Shown: positions 8,414-17,092, numbered from the stretch's first letter. The stretch is DNA of 22,237 nucleotides from Candidatus Sulfobium sp. (GCA_037380845.1 JARRRI010000014.1:1-22237); one strand, 5' to 3'. Translations and numbers: made by a program. The notes: generated from the sequence alone by a model not told the origin.

Positions 8414-9082
8414 ATGGAGTCATCGGCACTCAAGGAATATCTGAAGAGCAAAGGGGCAACCCTTGTCGGCGTGGGCGACGTGAGCCGGGCACTTACTGAT
8501 GAGATCATTCACCTCAACAGGGGAATTGCGATCGCCGTAAACAGGAGCCTGAACCGGACGACCGTGGACCTGCTTTCCCGACTTCAGGAGCTGACTGTGG
8601 AGTGGCTCAAGGAAAGGGGGGCAAGGGCTTTGGCCATACCCCCCGACTCCGACCGCATAACAGACACGTTTGTCTCGCGGTTGTATAAGCTCTTCAGTCA
8701 TAAGACGGCCGCCACCTGCTCCGGTCTCGGATGGGTCGGGAAAAACGGTCTTGTAATCAACAGGAAGTATGGTTCGAAACTGACCTGGGCAACTGTCCTT
8801 ACCGACGCTCCCCTGCAGGCTGATCTGCCGACCACGCACTCCGAGTGCGGCGATTGCGATCTCTGCGTCAAACACTGTCCCTCCGGGGCTATCAGGGGGC
8901 GTGTGTGGTCGTCCGGGGACCCTTTGAGAGAGATGGTGGCATATGAAAAATGCAGATCACTCAAAAATGACAGACTGCTCTTGAAGGGAAAGCCCAACTG
9001 CGGCCTGTGTGTTACGATATGCCCTTACTCCCGGAACGGCAGGAAGAAGGTCGAGCCCTGCGGAGTCTGCGTGGGAAGCTGA
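8414..9082 (+). CDS. QueG/epoxyqueuosine-reductase-like 4Fe-4S protein
   Basis: SHKTAATCSGLGWVGKNGLVINRKYGS, VLTDAPL, CGDCDLCVKHCP, C...CGLCVTICP. Start placed at ATG 8414, just after the upstream stop. Confidence 0.8.
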   Translation: MESSALKEYLKSKGATLVGVGDVSRALTDEIIHLNRGIAIAVNRSLNRTTVDLLSRLQELTVEWLKERGARALAIPPDSDRITDTFVSRLYKLFSHKTAATCSGLGWVGKNGLVINRKYGSKLTWATVLTDAPLQADLPTTHSECGDCDLCVKHCPSGAIRGRVWSSGDPLREMVAYEKCRSLKNDRLLLKGKPNCGLCVTICPYSRNGRKKVEPCGVCVGS

Positions 9083-9173
9083 TAACGTGTTGCTGCTTTC
9101 CGACCTGCCGGAAAATTATTTCTTCCCCGACAAGTTATCGGACCGCAAGGTCTCCGTTACAGTAAGGCCTTGG

Positions 9174-9265
9174 CGTCATTACCCGAGGAGTTAAGCGGTA
9201 ATCCAGGGGTTATCGAAACCTGGCCGGCTGCCGGCAGGAAGACCTGATTAAGGTTTCCGGATGAC
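9174..9265. repeat. Degenerate copy of the CGTCATT...ATGAC palindromic element
   Basis: CGTCATTACCCGAGGAGTTAAGCGGTAATCCAGG...ATGAC resembles CGTCATTCCCGAGGTAGTAATCGGGAATCCAGG...ATGAC at 21939. Confidence 0.55.
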
Positions 9266-9393
9266 TAGAGACTTGGGAAACATTATTGACAATGAACCTC
9301 AAAGGCGCAAAAAAGAGGTCAGGAATTCTCACGAAAAAACGAATAAAACTGATAAAGGTATTTTAAAGAAAGACAACTCAGGAGGATAAACAT

Positions 9394-11388
9394 ATGAGTC
9401 GCACATATAAGGTGATTTTTCAGCCCGCGGGCAGGAGAGGTGACATTGAGGAAGGGAAGACAATCCTCGAGGCCGCTCAGTCGCTTGGGGTCGACCTTGA
9501 GGCCCTTTGCGGCAACAAAAAGGTCTGCGGGAAATGCAAGGTCAGGATCGAAGAAGGCTACTTCGAGAAAGACAATATAGAATCGGGGATGGCCCATATT
9601 ACCCCGCGCGAGGCCTCCAAGGACGAGCTTAAGCACATCAAGCCCGAGGACGGCCCGGGCATCAGGCTCGCCTGTTCCTGCGAAATCCACGGCGACCTGA
9701 AGGTCTACGTGCCGGAAAGGTCGAGAGCGGGCAAGCAGGTCGTCCGGAAGGCGGCCAAAGAACTGTCCATAGCCCTGGACCCGGCCGTAAAGAAATACAC
9801 AGTCGAACTGGCGCCCCCTACCCTGCACGACATGACAACGGGCGACTACGAAAGGGTCCTCGCTTCACTGGAGGAAAATTACGGACTGAAAGGCCTTAAA
9901 TTCGACTATCTGGTGCTTAAAGACCTTCAGGATGTAATCAGGGCCGGAAACTGGATGGCAACCGTTACCGTCTGGATGGACAAGGAGATAATCAAGGTCG
10001 AGCCCGGCTCGGTCGAGGTCTGCTACGGTCTCGCAGTCGACGTAGGGACCACGACCTGCGTGGGCTATCTCTGCGACATGAGCACGGGAAAGGTAATCAA
10101 CACCGAGTCCATGATGAACCCCCAGGTCCCCTACGGCGAAGACGTGATGTCCAGGATCACGTACGCCATGACAAACCCCGAAGGGCTGGAAAAAATGCAG
10201 GAGGCCATCATAACCGGCCTGAACGAGATCATCGAGAGGGTCGTGAGTGAGGTGAAAAAAGACGGCCCCAATCCCGGATACGCTATCGATGACCTCACAA
10301 TCGTTTTCAACACCGCCATGCATCACATCTTCCTGGGACTGAACCCGACCTATATCGGCCGTTCACCCTTCATCCCGGCTGTCCAGCGTTCGCTGAACAT
10401 CAAGGCCCGCGACATGGGCCTCAGAATCAACCCCGCTGCTTACCTCCACGTCCTGCCGATCGAGGCCGGGTTTGTCGGCGCCGACAACGTGGGGGTCCTT
10501 ATCGCGCAGGAGCAGTACTTCCAGAACGAAATGGTCCTCGTTATCGATATCGGAACGAACGGAGAACTGCTCCTCGGCAATAAGGACAGGGTTTGCTCCA
10601 CCTCCTGTGCCACAGGTCCCGCATTCGAAGGCGCCCAGATCAAATTCGGCATGAGGGCCGCCCCCGGGGCCATAGAAAAGGTAAAGATCGACCCCGACAC
10701 GAAGGAGCCCCTGTACAAGGTTATCGGAAAAGCGGACTGGCATACTCACATCGAAGACGGGAAGATCAATGCCAAGGGCATATGCGGTTCGGCAATCATA
10801 GACGTCATCGCCGAGATGTTCAAGGCCGGCATCATAGACAAGACAGGCAAGTTTGTCGCCGGCCTGGACACAAACAGAATCAGAAAGGATGCGTCCGGAA
10901 AACCGGAGTATGTCCTTGCATGGGCCGACGAGACTTCCATCAACCAGGATATTACCGTCACCCAGGCCGACGTCAGGGCAATGCAGCTTGCGAAGGGGGC
11001 ACTTTACACCGGAGCAAAGCTCATGATGCAGAAAATGGGCGTTACCAGGCTCGACAGGGTGGAGCTGGCGGGGGCATTCGGAAGTCACATCGACAGGGAG
11101 GCATCCCTTACTCTCGGGCTGTTCCCGGACGTGCCGATTGACAAGGTGGTCGTAGTGGGCAACGCCGCGGGAGACGGTGCCCGCATGGCACTACTTAATA
11201 AAGGGAAAAGGATCGAGGCTGACGAAAGGTCCCGCTGGGTCGAATTCCTCGAGATTGCGACAGAGCCCGCGTTCGAAAAAGAGTTCATGCAGGCTATGCA
11301 CATCCCGCACATGAAGGACAAATTCCCCAGCCTCAAGGCAATGCTGGAAAAACAGAAGGCGCCCGTCGCGCCCAACATAAAGGCCTAG
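9394..11388 (+). CDS. ATP-dependent reductive activator of corrinoid proteins (RACo/RamA-like, 2Fe-2S plus ASKHA domains)
   Basis: N-terminal CGNKKVCGKC...RLAC 2Fe-2S site; DVGTT, YGEDVMSRI, GFVGAD, DIGTNGE, GPAFEG, GICGS, LAGAFG and GNAAGDGA motifs. Confidence 0.92.
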   Translation: MSRTYKVIFQPAGRRGDIEEGKTILEAAQSLGVDLEALCGNKKVCGKCKVRIEEGYFEKDNIESGMAHITPREASKDELKHIKPEDGPGIRLACSCEIHGDLKVYVPERSRAGKQVVRKAAKELSIALDPAVKKYTVELAPPTLHDMTTGDYERVLASLEENYGLKGLKFDYLVLKDLQDVIRAGNWMATVTVWMDKEIIKVEPGSVEVCYGLAVDVGTTTCVGYLCDMSTGKVINTESMMNPQVPYGEDVMSRITYAMTNPEGLEKMQEAIITGLNEIIERVVSEVKKDGPNPGYAIDDLTIVFNTAMHHIFLGLNPTYIGRSPFIPAVQRSLNIKARDMGLRINPAAYLHVLPIEAGFVGADNVGVLIAQEQYFQNEMVLVIDIGTNGELLLGNKDRVCSTSCATGPAFEGAQIKFGMRAAPGAIEKVKIDPDTKEPLYKVIGKADWHTHIEDGKINAKGICGSAIIDVIAEMFKAGIIDKTGKFVAGLDTNRIRKDASGKPEYVLAWADETSINQDITVTQADVRAMQLAKGALYTGAKLMMQKMGVTRLDRVELAGAFGSHIDREASLTLGLFPDVPIDKVVVVGNAAGDGARMALLNKGKRIEADERSRWVEFLEIATEPAFEKEFMQAMHIPHMKDKFPSLKAMLEKQKAPVAPNIKA

Positions 11389-11403
11389 GGGAAGGAAAAG
11401 GGA

Positions 11404-11721
11404 ATGACCCGGGTAGTGGTAAACCCTGGCGCCTGCGGCATGGAATCGACTATTGAGATAGAAAAGAAAGATTCCAAAACCTACAGCGTGAAAGTGGGCT
11501 CGGAGTGCGAGATGGTAGTGAAACTGGGCCGCGAGATACCGGAACTCACGATGATGGACGCATTCAAAAGGGTGATGGACAATCCCGTCTATACCGGGGC
11601 GGTGAAGTGCCTAAAACACGTTGCCTGCCCCGTTCCTTCCGCCATACTGAAGGCGCTGGAAGTGGAGGCAGGACTTAACGTGCCGAAAGACGTAAGCATA
11701 AAATTCGTGAAGGAGCCGTAA
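11404..11721 (+). CDS. Small Cys-rich protein of unknown function (DUF6951-like)
   Basis: PGACG...SEC...CLKHVACPVPSAILKALEVEAGL. Co-oriented, 15 nt after the RACo stop. Confidence 0.7.
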   Translation: MTRVVVNPGACGMESTIEIEKKDSKTYSVKVGSECEMVVKLGREIPELTMMDAFKRVMDNPVYTGAVKCLKHVACPVPSAILKALEVEAGLNVPKDVSIKFVKEP

Positions 11722-11767
11722 CAGCGTGGTTAAGCCCTAACATTGCATAAAGAACCTGCATTTAGGT

Positions 11768-11837
11768 CGTCATTGAGTAATCGGGAATCCAGGTTTTCAG
11801 ACAGATTGGATGCCCGACTAAAACCTCGGGCATGACG
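11768..11837. repeat. Palindromic interspersed repeat (REP/MITE-like), copy A
   Basis: AGTAATCGGGAATCCAGGTTTTCAGACAGA.TGGATGCCCGACTAA.ACCTCGGGCATGACG is nearly identical to 21939-22015; the left arm is about 7 nt shorter. Confidence 0.85.
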
Positions 11838-11909
11838 GAAAAGGGGTTTCATCTGGAGTCAACATTGAGCGAACTCCTGCATTAAGAAAGTTCAGTAAAG
11901 TGATGGTTG

Positions 11910-12590
11910 ATGGCTATACTGTTGACAGTCCTTGTGTACTGCGTATACGCCGCTTTTTGCTGGCGGGTCATCTTACACTCTCTTATCTGGTACAGGGCGA
12001 CCGGCGGGACAAGACAAGTTGCCGCCCTTTCCCGACTGGAAGCGTTGAGGGCATGGGTAGAAACGGCGGCGGACGTTGTTTTATTCAGGAGGCTTTTTCA
12101 TGAAAACGGTCTGCTATGGATCAGTGCATGGATCTTTCACATTTCATTTCTCTTCGTGGTGGTGAGGCATCTGAGGTACTTTATGAATACTGTCGCCCGT
12201 TGCATAGTCGATCTTCAGACTCTCGGCCTTATCGCAGGATATATACTCCCGGCGTCGATAGTATCCATAGCGTTCGTCAGAATGGCGGGCCGGGAGAAAT
12301 ACGTTTCCCGATTTAATTACTTCGTCCTGGGGCTTGTCTTTCTTATCGGCGTCAGCGGTATCATGCTACACGTATTCAGGGTGGATCTCGTGGGGGTAAA
12401 GGAGTTTGTCCTGGGCATTTTTACATTTTCTTTCCGACCGGTTCCCCACAGCCCCTTGTTCATAGTCCACTTTCTCCTTGTCCTTATCCTGGTGCTCTCG
12501 CTGCCTTTTCACCTCTTTATCGCCCCCGTCATCATGCATGAGGCGAGGCGACGGGAATCAGAGCTCAAGAGGTTGCTGCATGGAAAGTGA
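11910..12590 (+). CDS. NarI/DsrM/HdrE-like b-type cytochrome membrane anchor
   Basis: About 5 hydrophobic segments; DVVLFRRLF, FHISFLFVVVRHLRYF (DsrM-like His pair) and FIVHFLLV...PFH. Confidence 0.78.
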   Translation: MAILLTVLVYCVYAAFCWRVILHSLIWYRATGGTRQVAALSRLEALRAWVETAADVVLFRRLFHENGLLWISAWIFHISFLFVVVRHLRYFMNTVARCIVDLQTLGLIAGYILPASIVSIAFVRMAGREKYVSRFNYFVLGLVFLIGVSGIMLHVFRVDLVGVKEFVLGIFTFSFRPVPHSPLFIVHFLLVLILVLSLPFHLFIAPVIMHEARRRESELKRLLHGK

Positions 12591-13839
12591 GAGAGGGCAA
12601 AAAGCGATTATTGCGCAGAATCGACGCAGCCGGGACAGCAGGGACGCTTTCGGAAAAACACTCTCATCCCTGCAGCTCATGGAACTGGACGCCTGCACGC
12701 AGTGCGGACAATGTCTCAGACATTGTCCCGTGCAGGACGTGACCGGAAACCCCTCGATTTCTCCCCCGGAAAAGATCCGCGTCTTCAGGGAGTTCATAAA
12801 AGCCACGGAGGGCCTGAAGGCCAGGCTCTTCGGCAAAGGCGTCGATCCCAGGCTTATCGCGGATTTCAGCAAAGCCATCTATGAATGCACGACCTGCGGG
12901 GCCTGCGGCCAGAACTGCTCGGTGGGTATCTTCACCCAGAGGCTCTGGCCCGCACTGAGGAGAGAGATGGTAAGACGGGGCCTCGGTCCCTTCGGTTCCC
13001 AGGCCGAGATACCGGACCATGTCCTGAAAACTGGAAACCCTTACAATAAACCGGTGGATGAGAGGTTCAGCCCGTGGTTTCCCGAGGGCATGAAAGTCGC
13101 GGAAAAAGCTGAAATAGGGTACTATGCAGGATGCACGGGCTCTTACTCGGCAATGCCCATGGTTAAGGGGGACGTGACTGTGCTTGACGCGATTGGCGAC
13201 CCTTTCACCATGCTCACCGCCGAAGAGGAGGTCTGCTGCGGATTTCCCCTCTTCATCACCGGCCAGCACGACCTGCTCCGGGATCTTACAAAGAGGCTGG
13301 TCGGGGCTTATAAGGCAAAAGGGGTAAAGACGCTTCTTTGCTCCTGTCCCTGCTGCGTTAATATTATGTCAAGGGACTGGCCCGCTTTCTACGGGAGCGA
13401 CCTGCCTTTCAGGATCCGGCATATCACGCAGTTCGTAGCAGCCGCTGTCAGGGCCGGAAAGCTAACCTTCACGGAAGGGATGAAGGAAAGGATCATCTAT
13501 CATGACCCCTGCTATCTCAGCAGAGGGGTCGGCGTTATCGAAGAGCCTAGAGAGGTCCTGAGGAGTATCCCCGGGGTTGAGGTGCTTGAATTCGAACACC
13601 ACGGACTCGAGTCGAGATGTTGCGGCGCGGGAGGCGCCGCACGAAAGACCTTCGAGGAAAATGCGTCGGCGATGGCCCGACTCACGATAGACGAGGCGGT
13701 GGACAAAAAAGCGGACCGGCTCATTCTCAGTTGCCCTGCATGTTATGCCACAGTAAACGAAGCCATGGAAGGATATGAAAAACAGGTGCGGATTACCGAC
13801 ATCATGGAACTTGTCTCGGGGGTCATAAGGAGAAGATGA
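12580..13839 (+). CDS. HdrD/GlpC-like Fe-S oxidoreductase (two 4Fe-4S motifs plus two CCG domains)
   Basis: CTQCGQCLRHCP and CTTCGACGQNC; YYAGC...CCGFP...CPCC and YHDPC...CCGAGG...CPAC. ATG at 12580 overlaps the anchor gene by 11 nt. Confidence 0.88.
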   Translation: MESERGQKAIIAQNRRSRDSRDAFGKTLSSLQLMELDACTQCGQCLRHCPVQDVTGNPSISPPEKIRVFREFIKATEGLKARLFGKGVDPRLIADFSKAIYECTTCGACGQNCSVGIFTQRLWPALRREMVRRGLGPFGSQAEIPDHVLKTGNPYNKPVDERFSPWFPEGMKVAEKAEIGYYAGCTGSYSAMPMVKGDVTVLDAIGDPFTMLTAEEEVCCGFPLFITGQHDLLRDLTKRLVGAYKAKGVKTLLCSCPCCVNIMSRDWPAFYGSDLPFRIRHITQFVAAAVRAGKLTFTEGMKERIIYHDPCYLSRGVGVIEEPREVLRSIPGVEVLEFEHHGLESRCCGAGGAARKTFEENASAMARLTIDEAVDKKADRLILSCPACYATVNEAMEGYEKQVRITDIMELVSGVIRRR

Positions 13840-13840
13840 T

Positions 13841-15097
13841 ATGAGCCATTTCACCATCCGCTGCACCAACTGCGGCGCTGAACTGAAGGAAGTTTACTGC
13901 GCCTTCTGCGAGCATTGCGTCAATGCCCTGCTGGTAACGGAATATAAAGATAAAACTTTCATACGCAAAAAAGACAGGGGCATATGGGGCTTCAGGTGGC
14001 TTCCTGTTCACAACCCACGGTTCGATCAGCCCGGTCCCGTGGTCTACAGATCGGTCGGACTTGCCGGATATCTCGGGCTCGAAAACCTTTACATAGCCTT
14101 CAACGGCTACTGGCCGGAGAAGGGAGCGATGATTCAGACCTGTACTTTCAAGGAATTCGAGGCCGCGGTAGTCCTCCAGAACGCCATGGAGAACGGAGTC
14201 GACGGCCTGACCGTCGCATCCGCCGGAAATACGGCCAGGGCCTTCGCCCACCTCTCCGTAACTTCAGGGTTCCCGGTCATAATCGTGGTGCCCACGGCTT
14301 GCCTTTCCGAGATGTGGTATCTCGAGAGTTCATCCGTAATACCGACATTTGCCGTAATAGACGGCGATTACGCCGACTCCATAGATGTAGCGAGAAGGAT
14401 TTCCTCCTCCGCCGGCTTCCCTTTCGAAGGCGGCGTCAAGAACATAGCCAAAAGGGACGGTCTGGGTACCGTACTCATGACGGCCGTTTCGGAGATGGAG
14501 AGACTTCCGAACCATTATTTCCAGGCTGTCGGCAGCGGGACAGGGGCGATAGGCGTGTGGGAGATGGCCCGACGGTTTTTGGTGGATGGAAGGTTCGGTT
14601 CTCGCCTTCCGAAACTGCATCTCGCCCAGAACCTGCCCTTCGCCCCGATGGTAAAGGCATGGGAAAAGGGCAGCAGGGACCTTTTTGAAAAAGACCTGGA
14701 GCCTGACCTTATCGCGCTGATAACAACCAGGGTTCTCTCCAACCGCTATCCGGCGTATTCTATAAAGGGAGGTGTTTACGATGCCCTTAAGGCGACTGAG
14801 GGGGAAATGTACGGCATAGAGAACGAAGATGTCTACTCGGCCATGAATATCTTTGAAGAAAAGGAGGGCATTGACGTTGTTGCGGCTGCCGCCGTCGCGG
14901 TGGCGGCATTGAGGATGGCGGCAGAGCGGGGTACCATAAGGAGAGACGATACGATACTCCTCAATATAACGGGTGGCGGTGAGCACAGACTGCAGAAGGA
15001 CAAAGGGACCCACGCCGTCGAACCGCGGGTGATATCCAAAAAAATTTCGGAGCAGGAGATAAAGGAACTGTTATGCGCTATCCGGAAGAAGAACTGA
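13841..15097 (+). CDS. Cysteate synthase (PLP-dependent, threonine-synthase-like, Methanosarcinales type)
   Basis: LYIAFNGYWPEKGA, TCTFKEFEA (PLP lysine), ASAGNTARAF, EGGVKNIAKRDGLGTV, HYFQAVGSGTG, LHLAQNLPFAPM, VLSNRYPAYSIKGGVYDAL, LLNITGGG. Adjacent to comDE. Confidence 0.85.
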   Translation: MSHFTIRCTNCGAELKEVYCAFCEHCVNALLVTEYKDKTFIRKKDRGIWGFRWLPVHNPRFDQPGPVVYRSVGLAGYLGLENLYIAFNGYWPEKGAMIQTCTFKEFEAAVVLQNAMENGVDGLTVASAGNTARAFAHLSVTSGFPVIIVVPTACLSEMWYLESSSVIPTFAVIDGDYADSIDVARRISSSAGFPFEGGVKNIAKRDGLGTVLMTAVSEMERLPNHYFQAVGSGTGAIGVWEMARRFLVDGRFGSRLPKLHLAQNLPFAPMVKAWEKGSRDLFEKDLEPDLIALITTRVLSNRYPAYSIKGGVYDALKATEGEMYGIENEDVYSAMNIFEEKEGIDVVAAAAVAVAALRMAAERGTIRRDDTILLNITGGGEHRLQKDKGTHAVEPRVISKKISEQEIKELLCAIRKKN

Positions 15098-16206
15098 TAG
15101 AAATAATGAAAAAGGAAGGGGTTGATTTTACCGCTTCCCTGCCCTGCGAAAAGATCAAGGGTCTTTTGACCATGGTGGACCGGGAGTTCTTTCATATCCC
15201 TCTGACGAGGGAGGAGGAAGGTGTCGGGATCTGCACGGGGGCCGCTCTGGCAGGAAAAAGGCCTGCGATGTTCGTACAGAGTTCCGGCATGGGCAACATG
15301 ATCAACGCCCTTCTCTCCCTCACCGGTTTTTATGAACTCCCCCTTGCCGTCTTTATCAGCAGGAGAGGGATATACAAGGAGAAGATCGAGGCCCAGATGC
15401 CCATGGGCAAAAGGCTGCCCGGAATTCTCAAGGGAGCTGCCATACGTCACACGGTCATCAATTCAACCGAAGATTTCAGACTGGTGAAGCCGAGACTTGA
15501 AGAAGTGTACGGGAAAAACGAGATACACGCTTTTCTCCTCAGCCCCGCCCTTTGGGAGGAGTCCTGCGTAGCGGAGATCCTTTTGTCGAACCAGTGTCCG
15601 ATATCATCAACCCCGATGACACGGCCGGAGGGCGAACAGGTCCCGCAACTTACCCGTTATCAGATCATAAAAACGATCTCGCCTTATCTGGAATCCAGGG
15701 TCGTAGTATGCAACCTCGGCATCCCGTCAAAAGAGCTTTACTCACTCAAGCACCAGCCTTCCAACTTCTATATGCTGGGCAGCATGGGCATGGTCACACC
15801 CATTGGTCTGGGCCTGAGCCTTTCGACGGACAGGGAGGTTATCGTAATCGACGGCGACGGGAGCATCCTCATGAACCCCGGAACACTGGCTACCGTGGCA
15901 CATTCGGCCCCGCCAAATCTGACCATCCTCGCCGTCGACAACAGCGCTTACGGTTCGACGGGCAGTCAGCCTACTCTGACCGGCTCATGTGTCGACCTTG
16001 AGCTTGTTGCCCGGGGGTTCGGAATAAGAAACACCGTCAAAGTCTCGACCGAGGAAGGGATCATCGAGGTGATGAAAAAAGCGAAAAATGAGGGCCTGCG
16101 CTTCATCCATGTCCTGGCCCTCCCCGGCAATGAGGCGGTCCCGAACATCCCCATTCACCACCTGGAGATAAAGAAGCAGTTTCAGGAGTTTCTGAAAAAA
16201 AGATGA
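15073..16206 (+). CDS. comDE: Fused sulfopyruvate decarboxylase alpha/beta (ThDP-dependent)
   Basis: ComD half: SLPCEKIK, TREEEGVGICTGA, QSSGMGNMINAL, RGIYKEKIEAQMPMG. ComE half: NLGIPSKELY, NFYMLGSMG, GDGSILMN...DN..YGSTGSQ (ThDP motif). Confidence 0.85.
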   Translation: MRYPEEELIEIMKKEGVDFTASLPCEKIKGLLTMVDREFFHIPLTREEEGVGICTGAALAGKRPAMFVQSSGMGNMINALLSLTGFYELPLAVFISRRGIYKEKIEAQMPMGKRLPGILKGAAIRHTVINSTEDFRLVKPRLEEVYGKNEIHAFLLSPALWEESCVAEILLSNQCPISSTPMTRPEGEQVPQLTRYQIIKTISPYLESRVVVCNLGIPSKELYSLKHQPSNFYMLGSMGMVTPIGLGLSLSTDREVIVIDGDGSILMNPGTLATVAHSAPPNLTILAVDNSAYGSTGSQPTLTGSCVDLELVARGFGIRNTVKVSTEEGIIEVMKKAKNEGLRFIHVLALPGNEAVPNIPIHHLEIKKQFQEFLKKR

Positions 16207-16253
16207 CGCCCCCACAAGGGAGGCATCAGTCACCTCTTACAATCCTTTGCAGG

Positions 16254-16808
16254 TCACATTGTTCCGGCAAGAATACCTTCCAGTATTTCGTTCAGGTCAG
16301 AACACAGTCTGAATCCATTGTTCAGATAAGCCATGTTCCAGGGGAACAATAACCCTGTCGCCAATGCCCCGCTGCCGGCCGCTTTCTCAAGAACCTGCGG
16401 GGAATCGTCTACGACTACGGCGGTCGTACCGTCTATCAGTCTCGTCTTATTGAAAGACAGGTGGATATCCTCATAAACAAGGCCGTGTTTCCCCAGCCAT
16501 CTTTGGGTTTGGGACATGAACGAGGGGGAACGGTGACTGGCTATCGTGACATGATAGCCGTTTTGCCTCAGGCCTTCAAGGAAGCCCCTGGCTTCGGGAT
16601 AGGGCCTGAACGCATCGCTGTCCTGCTTAAGATGGACGGCGCCGACGGCGCCCAGGAAGTCCTGTTCCGAGCAATATCCCTCCCATATATCCCAGTTGGT
16701 CCACTTATCCGGGGGCGGGAAATTTTTGTTTATCTTTCGCAGTTCTTCATAAAAGGCATCGCAAAACTGCCAAAGGGTATTGTCTATGTCCACGATTGCC
16801 CTTTTCAT
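16254..16808 (-). CDS. HAD-superfamily hydrolase, 5'(3')-deoxyribonucleotidase-like
   Basis: MKRAIVDIDNTL (DxD motif I), IASHR, K...VVVDDSP. Start placed at ATG 16808. Confidence 0.78.
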   Translation of the reverse strand: MKRAIVDIDNTLWQFCDAFYEELRKINKNFPPPDKWTNWDIWEGYCSEQDFLGAVGAVHLKQDSDAFRPYPEARGFLEGLRQNGYHVTIASHRSPSFMSQTQRWLGKHGLVYEDIHLSFNKTRLIDGTTAVVVDDSPQVLEKAAGSGALATGLLFPWNMAYLNNGFRLCSDLNEILEGILAGTM

Positions 16809-17058
16809 GTTCGGTTCATCCCATCCATATGATATTATAACCAAGATGTCAGAGTACTTCCCCATGTTGTCGACAAAGCCACCCTCTCCCTATCCTACCC
16901 CTCCAGCTGAAAGTGATACATGATATCCCCGCTTACTGTGTAAGAGGGCGGTGTTCGTTCCGAAATATTCACGGAGATTACTTCCTTGACTTCGCATTCT
17001 GCGGATAAACATAGAGCATGTCATATTCTCGTGAAAATCAGTGCAATCGAACTATCTC

Positions 17059-17092
17059 GGAGATAACAAGAAAACTTGTTATCTCCACTTTT
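17059..17092. terminator. Perfect hairpin, terminator or operator
   Basis: GGAGATAACAAG-AAAA-CTTGTTATCTCC (12-bp arms) followed by ACTTTTT. Confidence 0.5.

Noticed and set aside
8414..9082. Reductive dehalogenase call
   Set aside because: Too short, no Tat signal and no rdhB-like anchor next to it.
9080..9085. TGA after CGVCVGS as possible selenocysteine
   Set aside because: It is immediately followed by TAA, and I see no SECIS-like hairpin or downstream coding continuation.
11386..11406. RACo TAG stop is in frame with the downstream 105-aa ORF, so readthrough would fuse them
   Set aside because: There is a one-in-three chance of this by coincidence, RACo is already full length, and the downstream ORF has its own ATG and purine-rich SD. 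Revisit only if amber readthrough is shown.
2484..15450. Long antisense ORFs (for example 2484-3269, 4121-4909, 5678-6667, 6710-7714, 7558-8508, 10363-11088, 14330-15013)
   Set aside because: They lie opposite well-supported genes and have no recognisable motifs; these are shadow ORFs caused by codon bias.
13841..16206. Threonine synthase plus phosphonopyruvate decarboxylase as alternative calls
   Set aside because: The NGYWPE and TCTFKEFEA motifs differ from the ThrC NPTGSFKDRG motif, SLPC fits ComD better than the GVPDS of Ppd, and there is no pepM in the window.
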